Source: Promethearchaeota archaeon
GTDB taxonomy: Archaea; Asgardarchaeota; Lokiarchaeia; Sigyniarchaeales; SOKP01
DNA length: 64,000 nt
Reading direction: 5' to 3'
Assembly (NCBI GenBank): GCA_048940925.1
Contig: JBHLOC010000003.1
Coordinates: forward strand, 146,583 to 210,582
Part shown: piece by piece, positions 9,683 through 19,830 of the stretch
Numbering within the stretch: position 1 is the stretch's first letter
How the letters are laid out: each line of letters begins with the position of its first letter
Position numbers and translations under genes: made by a program
Notes under the pieces: generated by a model
Databases searched by the model: none
Seen by the model: the letters and a program-made list of their open reading frames with translations, nothing else
Told to the model about the DNA's origin: nothing

Positions 9683-10729
9683 TTGACCAATAACATTCCA
9701 ATTTGGCGAATCAAATATCATCCTAAGAATTTAGACCAAATTTGTGGAAGAGAGGAGGTTAGAGACAGATTAAGCAAATTTGTTAAACTGAAAAACTTTC
9801 CCCATTTACTAATTGTAGGATCAGAAGGTATTGGTAAAACAACTATTTCATATTTATTCTCAAAAAAGTTTCTGGGGAAAACTTTTGATGCTAATTTTAA
9901 ATTAGTTTATGCGAATGTTCCGCTGAGTAATGAGGAAAGAAAACAAGCAAGAAGTGAAGCCTATATTTCAACTAGTAAAATTGGAAGCTTGGCAGGTAAA
10001 AGAATTACGACTCCTGCATTTATCCAAGTGAAAGTAAAACCTTTTGTGCAATTGAAAGTTTTAGGAGGTGCTCCTTTTAAAATCTTGATTGTAAAGAATT
10101 TTGAGGCTTTAGATACTAATCAACAGGGATTTAGGAGACTAATGGAGATATATGGTACAAATTGTAGGATGATTTTAATAACAACTAAAATATCGAGTAT
10201 AATTGAACCAATAATTAGTCGATGTCAAATATTTTTAATACCTCGAGTAGATTTAAAGAATTTTAAAAATTTAATTCTTTATATCGCTGAAAACGAATCA
10301 TTACAGATTTCCGATGAAACAATTGAGATCTTATACAAAATTTCTAGAGGAAGATTCAGTCGAGCGATAGATCTTTTACAATTAAGCAGTATTACTGGGA
10401 ATATCATTGATGAGGAAAAATTGTATGAAAATTATCAGATATTTCATAATGATTTAATAAAAAATCTTTTAATGATGGCTTTAAAAGGTGATTTTCCAAA
10501 ATCTAGAGAATTAGCCCGGAAAGTTCTTTCAAATTATAAATATAATTCTCATGAACTCTTTAAACTACTTCTTGACGAATTACATAAATTACCGTTAAGC
10601 AGATATACAAGATGTCAATTGATTAAATATATTTCAGATTCTGATTTTCGCGCACTTGCTGCGAGGGATACTGACATTCAAATTTCTGCCTTAATATCTA
10701 AGATTTGTTTATTTAGTCAATATTTATAG
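9683..10729 (+). CDS. Second, divergent RFC small subunit (degenerate Walker B, SRC retained)
   Basis: WRIKYHP, FPHLLIVGSEGIGKTT, ILIVKNFE in place of hhhhDEAD, QQGFRRLME, IISRC. Confidence 0.85.
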   Translation: MTNNIPIWRIKYHPKNLDQICGREEVRDRLSKFVKLKNFPHLLIVGSEGIGKTTISYLFSKKFLGKTFDANFKLVYANVPLSNEERKQARSEAYISTSKIGSLAGKRITTPAFIQVKVKPFVQLKVLGGAPFKILIVKNFEALDTNQQGFRRLMEIYGTNCRMILITTKISSIIEPIISRCQIFLIPRVDLKNFKNLILYIAENESLQISDETIEILYKISRGRFSRAIDLLQLSSITGNIIDEEKLYENYQIFHNDLIKNLLMMALKGDFPKSRELARKVLSNYKYNSHELFKLLLDELHKLPLSRYTRCQLIKYISDSDFRALAARDTDIQISALISKICLFSQYL

Positions 10730-12091
10730 GTGAATCAAATGAGTAATACTAATAAACTTCCATGGGTTGAAAAATATCGACCAAAAAGCTTATCTGAAAT
10801 GGCATTACCTACAGCAAGAGTTAGGGGTCAAAAAGTTAAGTTGGATGAAGAATTAAACAATTTTGTTAAAAATTTCTTTCTGGAACGAAATCGAATAAAT
10901 AAAGAAAAGATAAAAATTAGAATCTTTAATAGAACCGCTAATGAAAAAGAACAAAAAGAAGAAATTATGATTTCTCCCGAAAAAGCAGCGGTTCTGTTAG
11001 AGGGACCTCCAGGAATCGGTAAAACATCAATTGTTTACGCACTTGCTAATGACCTAAATATGGAAGTGATTGAGACAAATGCTTCTGATACAAGGACTAG
11101 AGCTACTCTTGAGAGAAAATTAAAAGAAACGACTAAAACTCGTGGGATAATGGATTTTATTACTGAATCTAAAGAAAAGTTAATTTTGATCGATGAGATT
11201 GATGGGATTTATGGGGTACAAGATAGAGGAGCAATTCCAACCGTTATAGATTTAATTCAAAGTACTCAATTTCCCATTATTATGTGTTCTAATGAATACA
11301 AGACTAATCTTCAACCAATATATAATAAGATTAGAAGATTTGAGGTAAGACCCTTACCTAAAAAGGAAGTAATTAAAATTGTAAATAGTATTCTCAAAAA
11401 AGAAAAGATTACAAATATTAAAGATGATGATTTAGAACTACTTATCGAAAAGAATAATGGAGATTTAAGAGGAATTATTAATGACCTCCAAGGGATTAGT
11501 CAAGGAAAAGTTGAAGAAGATGCTAAAGAGTTAATCCTTAGTCTACATCGAGATAGTATCGAAGAAATTTTTACTTTAATACGAGATTTGTTCCAAGTCT
11601 CCTCACTAAGAGAAGCTCGGAATTTAACTGATAAATCTGATGTGGATTATAATTTTTTGTATAAGTGGATAAATGAAAATCTTCCTACATTTATCAAATC
11701 AAATAGTGAGATTGCAGAGGCATATGAAAATCTCTCATTGGCAGATGAAATATTTGGTAGAATCCGTATTAATCAATATTGGGGATTATTGCCTTATTTT
11801 TTTGATCTTTTTGCGGGAGGTGTTGCTTTATCCCGAAAAGAAACTCCCATATCTAATGGTTTTCGAAATGTACTATTTCCTAGATATAGTACTGGAAGTT
11901 ATTTTTCTTTAAATAGTACAGAGAAAGAATTTTTGGAAAAGGTTAGAATAAAATATGAGATATCTCCAATTGAATTTGTACAAAATTTCCTCCCTTTTTT
12001 AAAAATTTTATGTGGAACTTCAAGAAGACAGCTTAAAAATGTCAGTGATTGGTTAGATTTAGATGCTAAAGAAAAAAAATTATTAAAATAA
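10730..12091 (+). CDS. rfcL: Replication factor C large subunit
   Basis: PWVEKYRP, GPPGIGKTS, ETNASD, LIDEIDG, GDLRGIIND, WINEN, LSLAD, YWGLLPY. Confidence 0.9.
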   Translation: MNQMSNTNKLPWVEKYRPKSLSEMALPTARVRGQKVKLDEELNNFVKNFFLERNRINKEKIKIRIFNRTANEKEQKEEIMISPEKAAVLLEGPPGIGKTSIVYALANDLNMEVIETNASDTRTRATLERKLKETTKTRGIMDFITESKEKLILIDEIDGIYGVQDRGAIPTVIDLIQSTQFPIIMCSNEYKTNLQPIYNKIRRFEVRPLPKKEVIKIVNSILKKEKITNIKDDDLELLIEKNNGDLRGIINDLQGISQGKVEEDAKELILSLHRDSIEEIFTLIRDLFQVSSLREARNLTDKSDVDYNFLYKWINENLPTFIKSNSEIAEAYENLSLADEIFGRIRINQYWGLLPYFFDLFAGGVALSRKETPISNGFRNVLFPRYSTGSYFSLNSTEKEFLEKVRIKYEISPIEFVQNFLPFLKILCGTSRRQLKNVSDWLDLDAKEKKLLK

Positions 12092-12383
12092 AGACCTAAT
12101 TTAGAGATGTTTGGATGAAATCACCAATCTTATTAATTATATCTCCAAAAATGGGTAGATTAAATTTTTAAAAATTTAGACCATGAAGATAAAAACATTA
12201 AGACATTTATTGATCTTATTAATATGTATTTATTAGGTATTTCAATTTCTATTACAAAAGATGAATTTGACTATTTTTAGTCATTTTAGTTTATCAATTT
12301 GGAGCTAGTTATTTTCCATAAATGATTTAAATAGATGTTTATTTACCCCCATAATTATAATGTTAATAATATAGGTATGGAAA

Positions 12384-13016
12384 ATGCCAGATATCAAAAC
12401 TTCTGATGTAGAAATATATGAGGAAAAAGAAGTTGCTATGTCTCCAAAAGCACGTTTAACATTAGAAATTGTAGGAGCTGCTATTTTTGGGGCATTATCA
12501 TTGGTATTATCGCTATTTGTAGTACCATTTTTACCAAGGACTCCTGAGGGTTTTGCATATTTCGATCCAGTTTCGATAATTTGGGTTACATGTTTTCTCA
12601 TATTCGGTCCATTAGCAGGAATATTATGTTGTTTAATTGGTATGACAGCACTTTTTCCTTTTGATCCATTTACTCCTATTGGACCACTAATGAAGTTCTC
12701 AGCTACTTTTTCATTAATTATTGTTCCAATATTGTTATTATACTGGTATAAAAAAAGAGGAGGAGGAAGATTAAGCCAAAAACTAAAGGACCCGAAGACT
12801 TACATTATTTATGGATCCCTAGGTATCGCATTTAGAATAATTGTAATGGTCATTTTAAATATAATTGTTTATTTGGCGTTTTACGGTCAAAAAGGATTAG
12901 AATATTGGATTTTTATCGTAATTTTACTTAATGCGTTGACAAGTGTATGGGACTTAGTAATTCCATATTTTATTGTATTTGGAACAAAAATAGACCAAAA
13001 ATTTGAGATTTGGTAA
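12384..13016 (+). CDS. ECF transporter S-component-like membrane protein
   Basis: About 6 TM helices; AAIFGALS, YFDPVSIIW and IFGPLAG patterns. Confidence 0.65.
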   Translation: MPDIKTSDVEIYEEKEVAMSPKARLTLEIVGAAIFGALSLVLSLFVVPFLPRTPEGFAYFDPVSIIWVTCFLIFGPLAGILCCLIGMTALFPFDPFTPIGPLMKFSATFSLIIVPILLLYWYKKRGGGRLSQKLKDPKTYIIYGSLGIAFRIIVMVILNIIVYLAFYGQKGLEYWIFIVILLNALTSVWDLVIPYFIVFGTKIDQKFEIW

Positions 13017-13160
13017 TCTTTTTGCTTTCTTTTTTTTTCTATTAATTTAAATTTCATAATAATTCAAGATAAATTAAAGAATTTTATACTAAATACTACT
13101 ATATTAAAATAATCTAGTATCATTTGAGAATTTACTTCATCCAATCAAGAGGGGATTACC

Positions 13161-13958
13161 ATAATTAATAAAGATTATAAAGACATTTTATATAATTTCG
13201 AGAATGATATTGCTACTATTACTTTAAATCGTCCTGAAAAACACAATGCCTTACAATATCCATTATTAATGGAAATTATAGATGTGCTAGAATATGTGAA
13301 GAAAAAGAAGTTAGTCCGAGTCATTATTATAGAAGGTGCAGGAACAAGTTTCTGTTCTGGAGATGATTTGATAAATTTGGGACCTGAAGGTGTGCGATTT
13401 GCCCCATTAGAAGATGGGTCAAGGCTACCACACCATAAAGTTGTGCGTTTAATACGAGAAATTCAAAAGCCTATTATAGGATTACTACATGGATATTGTT
13501 TAGGAGCAGGATTTGAGTTAGCACTTGCCTGTGATTTTCGATTAGCCGCAGATGATCTGAAAATTGGAGATTATCGTGCTTCCATAGCTCAATGTGCTAT
13601 GAGTGGTGTAAGCTGGTTTCTTCCACGAATAATAGGATTTAGTCGTGCAACAGAGATTATTTTAACAGGTAGGCAGCTTGATGCAAAAGAGGCTTTAGAG
13701 ATAGGTCTGATAAATAGGGTTTATTCTTCTTCAGAATTTAAAGAAAAAGCGGTAGAATTTATTCAAAAAATAGCAGAATTACCAACAACATGTCTTGGAT
13801 ATAATAAGGCTATGTTAAACTATTCACAATTTAATGAACTTTTTCCTTCACTACAATATGAATTCAAGTTATACTTAAAAAACATTAGGACTTATGACTT
13901 TGGAGAGGGAATGAAGTCTTTTATTAAAAAAAGAGAACCTAAATTTAAAGGAAGATAA
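13161..13958 (+). CDS. Enoyl-CoA hydratase/isomerase family protein (probable non-canonical start)
   Basis: FCSGDD, KPIIGLLHGYCLGAGFELALACD. The conserved N-terminal IATITLNRPEKHNAL lies in frame upstream of the tracked ATG at 13269. Confidence 0.85.
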   Translation: MINKDYKDILYNFENDIATITLNRPEKHNALQYPLLMEIIDVLEYVKKKKLVRVIIIEGAGTSFCSGDDLINLGPEGVRFAPLEDGSRLPHHKVVRLIREIQKPIIGLLHGYCLGAGFELALACDFRLAADDLKIGDYRASIAQCAMSGVSWFLPRIIGFSRATEIILTGRQLDAKEALEIGLINRVYSSSEFKEKAVEFIQKIAELPTTCLGYNKAMLNYSQFNELFPSLQYEFKLYLKNIRTYDFGEGMKSFIKKREPKFKGR

Positions 13959-13999
13959 AAATAATTTAATAATAATCAAAGATTTAAGATTGAATAATA

Positions 14000-15262
14000 A
14001 TGGCTTTATCGAAAGAGATTCAAGAATTTTTGCTAAATGATGCATTGGAAAGATTTTTAAAATATGTTAGAGTCTGGACAACCTCAGATGAGAGTTCACC
14101 TTCTTTTCCATCCACAGATAATCAATTTGAACTAGGAAAAATATTAGTAGAAGAATTAATGCAACTTGGTTTAGAAGATGTTATTCAAGATAATTTAGGA
14201 TTTGTATATGCTTATCTCTCACCAACTCGAGGATGTGAACAAGTTAAACCCATAGGCTTATTAGCACATTTAGACACATCTTCAGCCGTAAATGGTAAAG
14301 ATGTAAAACCCGTGATTCATGAAAACTATGATGGAAGTAAAATTAAATATGCTCAAAACAAGGATTTAGGTTTAGGCATGAATGATTCTCCTAATTTAGA
14401 AAAATATATCAATCTTGATATAATTACTTCACAAGGCGATACGTTACTAGGTGCTGATGATAAGGCGGGTATAGCAGAAATTATGGCAGCTTGTGCTGCA
14501 TGGAAAAAATATTCAGAATTAAAACATGGACCAATAACAATTTGTTTCACTCCAGATGAAGAGACAGGAAAACAATCTATTTTAAAAATTAATAAGAAAA
14601 GGCTTCAAGCGAAAATTTGTTATACGTTAGATGGAGGCGAGATGGGAGAATTAGAATATGAATGTTTTGATGCATGGTTAGCAACATTTAAATTTAAGGG
14701 ATTAAGCGTTCATCCTGGACATGCAAAAGATAAAATAAGAAATGCAATACATATTGCCTGTAGATTTTTTAGCGAATTACCTGAATCTGAATCACCAGAG
14801 CATACAGAAGAAAGGGAAGGATTTTTTCATTTAACTAAACTTCAAGGAAATGCAGAAGAAGCTATAGCAAGAGTATTGATTAGAGATTTTGATATAAAAA
14901 GAAATCAAAGGCGAATGGATTATGTCAAAGCATTAAAAGATTTATATGAGATTCGTTATCCTGGATTAGAAATAGAAATGAATTTTGAACACCAATATGA
15001 AAATATGCTAAGATATTTAGAGAAAGAACGAAATGTTATTGAATTAGCTCAAAAAGCAATAGAGGCAGCTGGACTAGAAATTAAAATTCATGCAATTAGA
15101 GGAGGTACCGATGGATCCCTTCTTAGTGCTATAGGTATCCCTACCCCTAATATTTTTACAGGTGGAGAATTATTTCACTCTAGAAAAGAATATATACCCA
15201 CTATAGCCTTACAAAAAGCTGCTGAAGTTTTAATCTACTTGGCTGAACTATGGACTAAATAA
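14000..15262 (+). CDS. pepT: Peptidase T (tripeptide aminopeptidase, M20B)
   Basis: AHLDT, LLGADDKAG, FTPDEE, VHPGHAK, IRGGTDG, TPNIFTGG, FHSRKE. Confidence 0.95.
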   Translation: MALSKEIQEFLLNDALERFLKYVRVWTTSDESSPSFPSTDNQFELGKILVEELMQLGLEDVIQDNLGFVYAYLSPTRGCEQVKPIGLLAHLDTSSAVNGKDVKPVIHENYDGSKIKYAQNKDLGLGMNDSPNLEKYINLDIITSQGDTLLGADDKAGIAEIMAACAAWKKYSELKHGPITICFTPDEETGKQSILKINKKRLQAKICYTLDGGEMGELEYECFDAWLATFKFKGLSVHPGHAKDKIRNAIHIACRFFSELPESESPEHTEEREGFFHLTKLQGNAEEAIARVLIRDFDIKRNQRRMDYVKALKDLYEIRYPGLEIEMNFEHQYENMLRYLEKERNVIELAQKAIEAAGLEIKIHAIRGGTDGSLLSAIGIPTPNIFTGGELFHSRKEYIPTIALQKAAEVLIYLAELWTK

Positions 15263-15288
15263 TAGTGAGATTTAGCAAAGTTTTATAT

Positions 15289-16077
15289 TTATTTTTTTTT
15301 TATGTTTTTTATTGTTCCTAAAGCAATTTCTCCCTCAAGCTTTACACAAGATTTATATTGATCTTGAATCCAAGGAATTTTCCATCCTTCAAGGGGATTA
15401 TAGTAGCTATAGAAAATTGCACCAAATCTAACATTTTTTAGTTTAGTTACTGTTGCTAATACATTAAGTTCTCCATTCTCCATCGAAATGAATCCTCTAT
15501 TTTGTAAATTATAAATTTCTTCTTTTGTTATAGAGTAAAATGCTTCTTTTGAGTAATTTTTGCCGATGTGATAATTTTTTGTTCTTTTTGATGTCTCTTC
15601 AACTATGATATTAGTTATTCCTTTGTCAATTTCTATTTCTTCCTCAACATTTCTTCCATAATGGATTGAGGTTCCATCAGACCCTAATCCATGAGTTGGT
15701 ATTAAGTAATCAAGCAGTTTTACGTCTTTTCCTATGCCCCAAGAACCACATATGAGAAGAATGAGCTTTGCTCCACATTGAATTAAGTCTTCTGCTATTG
15801 AAGCCATTGGTGAAGCTCCCATTGGTGGAATTAATATAGTAAGGGGAATATCATGATATTTACCTCTAAAAATTTTTTCTGGAGCTGCATAGGGATGATA
15901 TGGTGTTAACCATTCAAAAGATTCTAATTCGGCTTTTTCCGTTAGAAATTCTAATAGATATCTTGAAAATATTAAGAAAATATTAGGATCAACTTCAAAA
16001 TCCTTTTTGCTTTTTCCAGAAGATTTTATTGCAGTTTTAATGACATCTACAGAGGTTAAACATAAATTGTTTTTCAT
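15289..16077 (-). CDS. Nucleoside phosphorylase (PNP/UDP) family protein
   Basis: MGASPMASIAEDLIQCGAK, GSWGI, DGTSIHY, SMENG. Confidence 0.7.
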   Translation of the reverse strand: MKNNLCLTSVDVIKTAIKSSGKSKKDFEVDPNIFLIFSRYLLEFLTEKAELESFEWLTPYHPYAAPEKIFRGKYHDIPLTILIPPMGASPMASIAEDLIQCGAKLILLICGSWGIGKDVKLLDYLIPTHGLGSDGTSIHYGRNVEEEIEIDKGITNIIVEETSKRTKNYHIGKNYSKEAFYSITKEEIYNLQNRGFISMENGELNVLATVTKLKNVRFGAIFYSYYNPLEGWKIPWIQDQYKSCVKLEGEIALGTIKNIKKK

Positions 16078-16108
16078 AAAAGCAAATATAATATTTGAAT
16101 ATATTAAT

Positions 16109-17347
16109 TTACGCTTTCTTTTGGATAATTTTCGAGAAATCAGTTATAATAAATATTAACATACATAAAAATAACAAAATTGAAGTATAAATAAATGCCC
16201 ATATAAATGAAAACAAATCATAAATCAACCCAAAAATCAAAGATTCACCTAGAGATATCAGTCCAACTGACAAATAATAATAACCGTAAGCTCTACCTCG
16301 CTTATTTTTACCTGCTAAATCAGCAATATACGCTCTAGAAATTGGATCTACAGAAGATAGATAAAAACCGTACAATATGTAAATTAAAATAATCATTATT
16401 AAGGAAAATAAAGAAACTTTGATGGGAAATGCTAAAAAAATACAAGATAATAATAATGCACATAAACCAACAACAATAACAGGCTTTCTTCCTATCTTAT
16501 CTGAAATTGTACCAGTAATAGGTGAAAACACCATGTAAACTACATTACTAAGGAGATATAATAAAGGTATTAAAAATGTTAGTGAACCAATATAATCTCT
16601 TGATCTAATTATAAGAAACGCAATATCCAAGCTTGCAAATTCTATGACTCCTAAAACAATAATGAGTTTTATAAAATTCTTATCTATTTTATCTACTTTC
16701 GATACTCCATAATATTTAAGCTTAGATTCGTCTAATTTCGTTGGATCAACATCTTTTACCATTAAAATAAAAAAGATTGCTAATAACCCAGGGAACATGG
16801 AAAAAAAGATTATATGTGAGTAATTCCATGCTAAGAGTAGGAATATAGATGCTAGAAGAGACCCCACTACCGCACCGAAAGTATCCATTGCGCGATGCAT
16901 TCCGAAGGATTTTCCTTTCTCAATAGCGTAATATGAAATTAATGTATCTCTTGCAGATGTTCGTAAACCCTTACCAAAGCGATCTGTTGCTTTTAATCCC
17001 AAAATATATTGCCAAGAAGGGCTAAATCCAATAAAAGGTTTAGATAGATTTGAGAGTGAATACCCTGCAACAACAAATGGTTTTCTTTTGTTGATTTTAT
17101 CACTTAACCAACCTGAAAATCCCTTCATAATATTTGAAAGTGCTGTAGTAACTCCTGAAATCAGCCCTAAAATAAACACTGTTCCCCCAATAGAAACAAT
17201 AAATAAAGGTAAAATCGATTGGATCATCTCTGAAGATATATCAGTAAAAAATGAAACGAGTCCCATAATAAAGACTGGTATTGTGACTCCTAGAATCAGT
17301 TTTTGTTTTTGACTGGTCTTCTTATTTGATTCCTTACTTTCAGACAT
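16109..17347 (-). CDS. MFS transporter
   Basis: SFFTDISSEM, GWLSDKINKRK, DRFGKGLRTSARD, HRAMDT; about 12 TM helices. Confidence 0.9.
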   Translation of the reverse strand: MSESKESNKKTSQKQKLILGVTIPVFIMGLVSFFTDISSEMIQSILPLFIVSIGGTVFILGLISGVTTALSNIMKGFSGWLSDKINKRKPFVVAGYSLSNLSKPFIGFSPSWQYILGLKATDRFGKGLRTSARDTLISYYAIEKGKSFGMHRAMDTFGAVVGSLLASIFLLLAWNYSHIIFFSMFPGLLAIFFILMVKDVDPTKLDESKLKYYGVSKVDKIDKNFIKLIIVLGVIEFASLDIAFLIIRSRDYIGSLTFLIPLLYLLSNVVYMVFSPITGTISDKIGRKPVIVVGLCALLLSCIFLAFPIKVSLFSLIMIILIYILYGFYLSSVDPISRAYIADLAGKNKRGRAYGYYYLSVGLISLGESLIFGLIYDLFSFIWAFIYTSILLFLCMLIFIITDFSKIIQKKA

Positions 17348-17576
17348 TTTCTACTGGCGGTATCAGATTTAATTTTTCTTTAATTTCTATTTCTAAAAAA
17401 ATGGCATCTATTATTATTTATAAATAAGAATAATAAATAAGAATACTCTAAAATAATCTTACAGAAAGGTCATAGAACTAAATATAAATGAAATAGTTAT
17501 TGTTCGTTCTAGTATTTTATATAAATTTTTAAATAGAAAAAGGATTCTTATAATTATCAAATTAATAATATTTAAT

Positions 17577-18281
17577 ATGATTCCAATGTCAGAAGAAGAA
17601 ACATTAGGGATAATTGATAAAACTCTTCAAGCTGCTGAGGCAAGTTTTCAAGAATTTATTAAAGTGTTAGAAAAATCAAGAATTGAGTTGGCTAAGCTTG
17701 AAAATGACAAAAAAGAACTAAGTACAGAAAAGGAAAAATTAGAACACGAAAAGATGCAATTAGAAGGGGAGAAAACAAAATTGGAAGCTGAAAAAAAACA
17801 ATTAGAATTTGATAAACTGAAGTTAGAAGAAGAAACTGAAAAATTGGAAAAGGAAAAACAAGAGAGAGATCAAAAAATTGGTTCATTAACAGAAGAACAA
17901 ATGAGACTATTAGATGAATATAAAAGTGTAAAAGTCGAATTACAGAAATTTATGATAGCTGCAGAAGAAGCAGAAGAAGCAGAATATAATTTTGAAAGAG
18001 TACGTGCTTTATTATCTATTTATACCGTGCTAGTTTCAGATATATGGCAAGGACAACCTCATTATCAGATTTTAAAATTACTTCATGGTGAGAAGGAAGA
18101 GATGACACGTGATCAGATCAAGAGCACGACGGGTATAGGAGGAGCATTTGTATTACATTCAGTTCAAGAACTAGCTAAGGTTGGTCTTGTAGAATATGAT
18201 ATGGATACTAGTAAAGTCAAGTTAAAAGAACGTTTATTTCCAAAGAAAGCCTTAGAAGAAAAGGAAGAAAAAATAAGTTAG
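17577..18281 (+). CDS. Coiled-coil protein with C-terminal winged-helix-like domain
   Basis: Eight consecutive L-x-x-E/D-K-like heptads; C-terminal ILKLLH...TRDQIKSTTGI...VQELAKVGLVEYD. Confidence 0.7.
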   Translation: MIPMSEEETLGIIDKTLQAAEASFQEFIKVLEKSRIELAKLENDKKELSTEKEKLEHEKMQLEGEKTKLEAEKKQLEFDKLKLEEETEKLEKEKQERDQKIGSLTEEQMRLLDEYKSVKVELQKFMIAAEEAEEAEYNFERVRALLSIYTVLVSDIWQGQPHYQILKLLHGEKEEMTRDQIKSTTGIGGAFVLHSVQELAKVGLVEYDMDTSKVKLKERLFPKKALEEKEEKIS

Positions 18282-18314
18282 TAATTTTTTAAATTTGTAT
18301 AAAGTAATAACAGC

Positions 18315-19361
18315 TTATTTTGCTATTACCATTTCGTGAAGTGTACTTCCTTTTTCTGTATATGTTTTACCATCATGTATTATCTTGAGTATAAAGTTAG
18401 AATTTAATCTAAAATAGCCAGGCTTTAATTTTAAAATATTTTTTGCTATAAAACGTGTGATAGGATTTAGTTCATAAAGCAAATTATCAGCATCAATAAT
18501 CTTTTCAACATTAAGAATAATTTCATGTTGTTGAGGAACATCAATCTTTATGAGCGTTGGATATTGATTTCCCGCTTTTTTATTAAATTTAAAATTTTCT
18601 TGGCTTAGTTCAAATTCTCCTGTACTCAGGATAACATTTTCATTTTTAGCAATCATAAGCACTTTTATTGGATAATTATCCATTTTTTTATTACATTTGA
18701 TATATGCGAAAACCACACTAAAATTCTGGGAATAAATTCGCCCCCAATACCAATAATCTATTATGAGAGCAAAATTAAAATTTAGCCAGTTATGATCGTG
18801 ATATCCAATTCCCTTTACTTTGATTACTTCATTATGAACTTTAATAGTCCCTTCTACACTTGCGCGGGGAAGAGCTACACACCACCCAAAATAGTTTGAC
18901 TTACCAAACTCAATATATCCTTTCCCAGGTTTCCAGCCTTTTACTAAGGCGCTATATTTTAAATGCATGCCATATTCACCTTCATCTAAATAAATTTCGT
19001 AGATAGGAAATTTTTCATTAGAAAGATCAACAGATATATAATTTTTGCCAATTTGTACATCTGCTACATCTTGAGAAGCTTTAAGATCAGAGTGATGGTA
19101 GTTAATTACATTTTGTATTTTTTCTCCATTCGGTTTATAGATCGTAATCTCTACACCTGTCTTCCCTGTTTGTTGATGTTTTGCTCGAAAAAAGCCAATT
19201 ACAGTGTATCCATTCTCAAGACGAGCATCAAAATACCACCATTCAATAGTTCCTCTTTTTTTCATATCTATATGTAATGCATCATCTTTTGGTTGAATGG
19301 GCTTTATCTCTCCATCTTTTCGACCAGGTCCTAACCATTTTTCTTTAATCTTTTCACTCAT
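18315..19361 (-). CDS. AttH/CrtC-like (lipocalin-like, hydroxyneurosporene synthase-like) protein
   Basis: EWWYFDA, GYHDHNW and WYWGR motifs. Confidence 0.7.
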   Translation of the reverse strand: MSEKIKEKWLGPGRKDGEIKPIQPKDDALHIDMKKRGTIEWWYFDARLENGYTVIGFFRAKHQQTGKTGVEITIYKPNGEKIQNVINYHHSDLKASQDVADVQIGKNYISVDLSNEKFPIYEIYLDEGEYGMHLKYSALVKGWKPGKGYIEFGKSNYFGWCVALPRASVEGTIKVHNEVIKVKGIGYHDHNWLNFNFALIIDYWYWGRIYSQNFSVVFAYIKCNKKMDNYPIKVLMIAKNENVILSTGEFELSQENFKFNKKAGNQYPTLIKIDVPQQHEIILNVEKIIDADNLLYELNPITRFIAKNILKLKPGYFRLNSNFILKIIHDGKTYTEKGSTLHEMVIAK

Positions 19362-19402
19362 ATTATTAGTCTCTCTTATTCCTAAGCTTTATTAAATATA
19401 TT

Positions 19403-19819
19403 CTAGTTATTGTTATTCATTAAAATTTTAACCAATTTCAATAAATATAGTAATTTACTGATTCCTTGCAACTTTATTTTACGAATTATCCATTTTTTAG
19501 CGATTCCTAATAATGACATTCTATTCATGACAAACGCAAGAAAAATTTGACTATCCATTTGTAAGAATCCATCCCAACCTATATTTTTCTTTTTTAGATT
19601 TTCTTTTGGTTTGTTTGGGATACTTTCTACCCTTAATTCACCGTTATCAATAATAATCAATGCCGCAAAATTTACATTTATTGCATTTATGAGAATTTTA
19701 ACATGTGTATCTTCAAACTTCTTTTTAAATTTATCAGTTTCATTTAAAGGGGCAAGCAAATTATAAATAAGTGCACCGAAACCTCTAATCTTATTATTTC
19801 CTATTTCTACTTCTGACAT
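19403..19819 (-). CDS. SCP2 sterol/lipid-binding-like domain protein
   Basis: Size and pattern IIIDNGELRV...DGFLQMD...KIKLQG. Confidence 0.55.
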   Translation of the reverse strand: MSEVEIGNNKIRGFGALIYNLLAPLNETDKFKKKFEDTHVKILINAINVNFAALIIIDNGELRVESIPNKPKENLKKKNIGWDGFLQMDSQIFLAFVMNRMSLLGIAKKWIIRKIKLQGISKLLYLLKLVKILMNNNN

Positions 19820-19830
19820 TTTACTATTTA

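Noticed and set aside
12092-12330. Coding-like but stop-riddled intergenic sequence and ORF 12305-12601(-)
   Set aside because: No recognisable family; the ORF is mostly antisense to the membrane protein gene.
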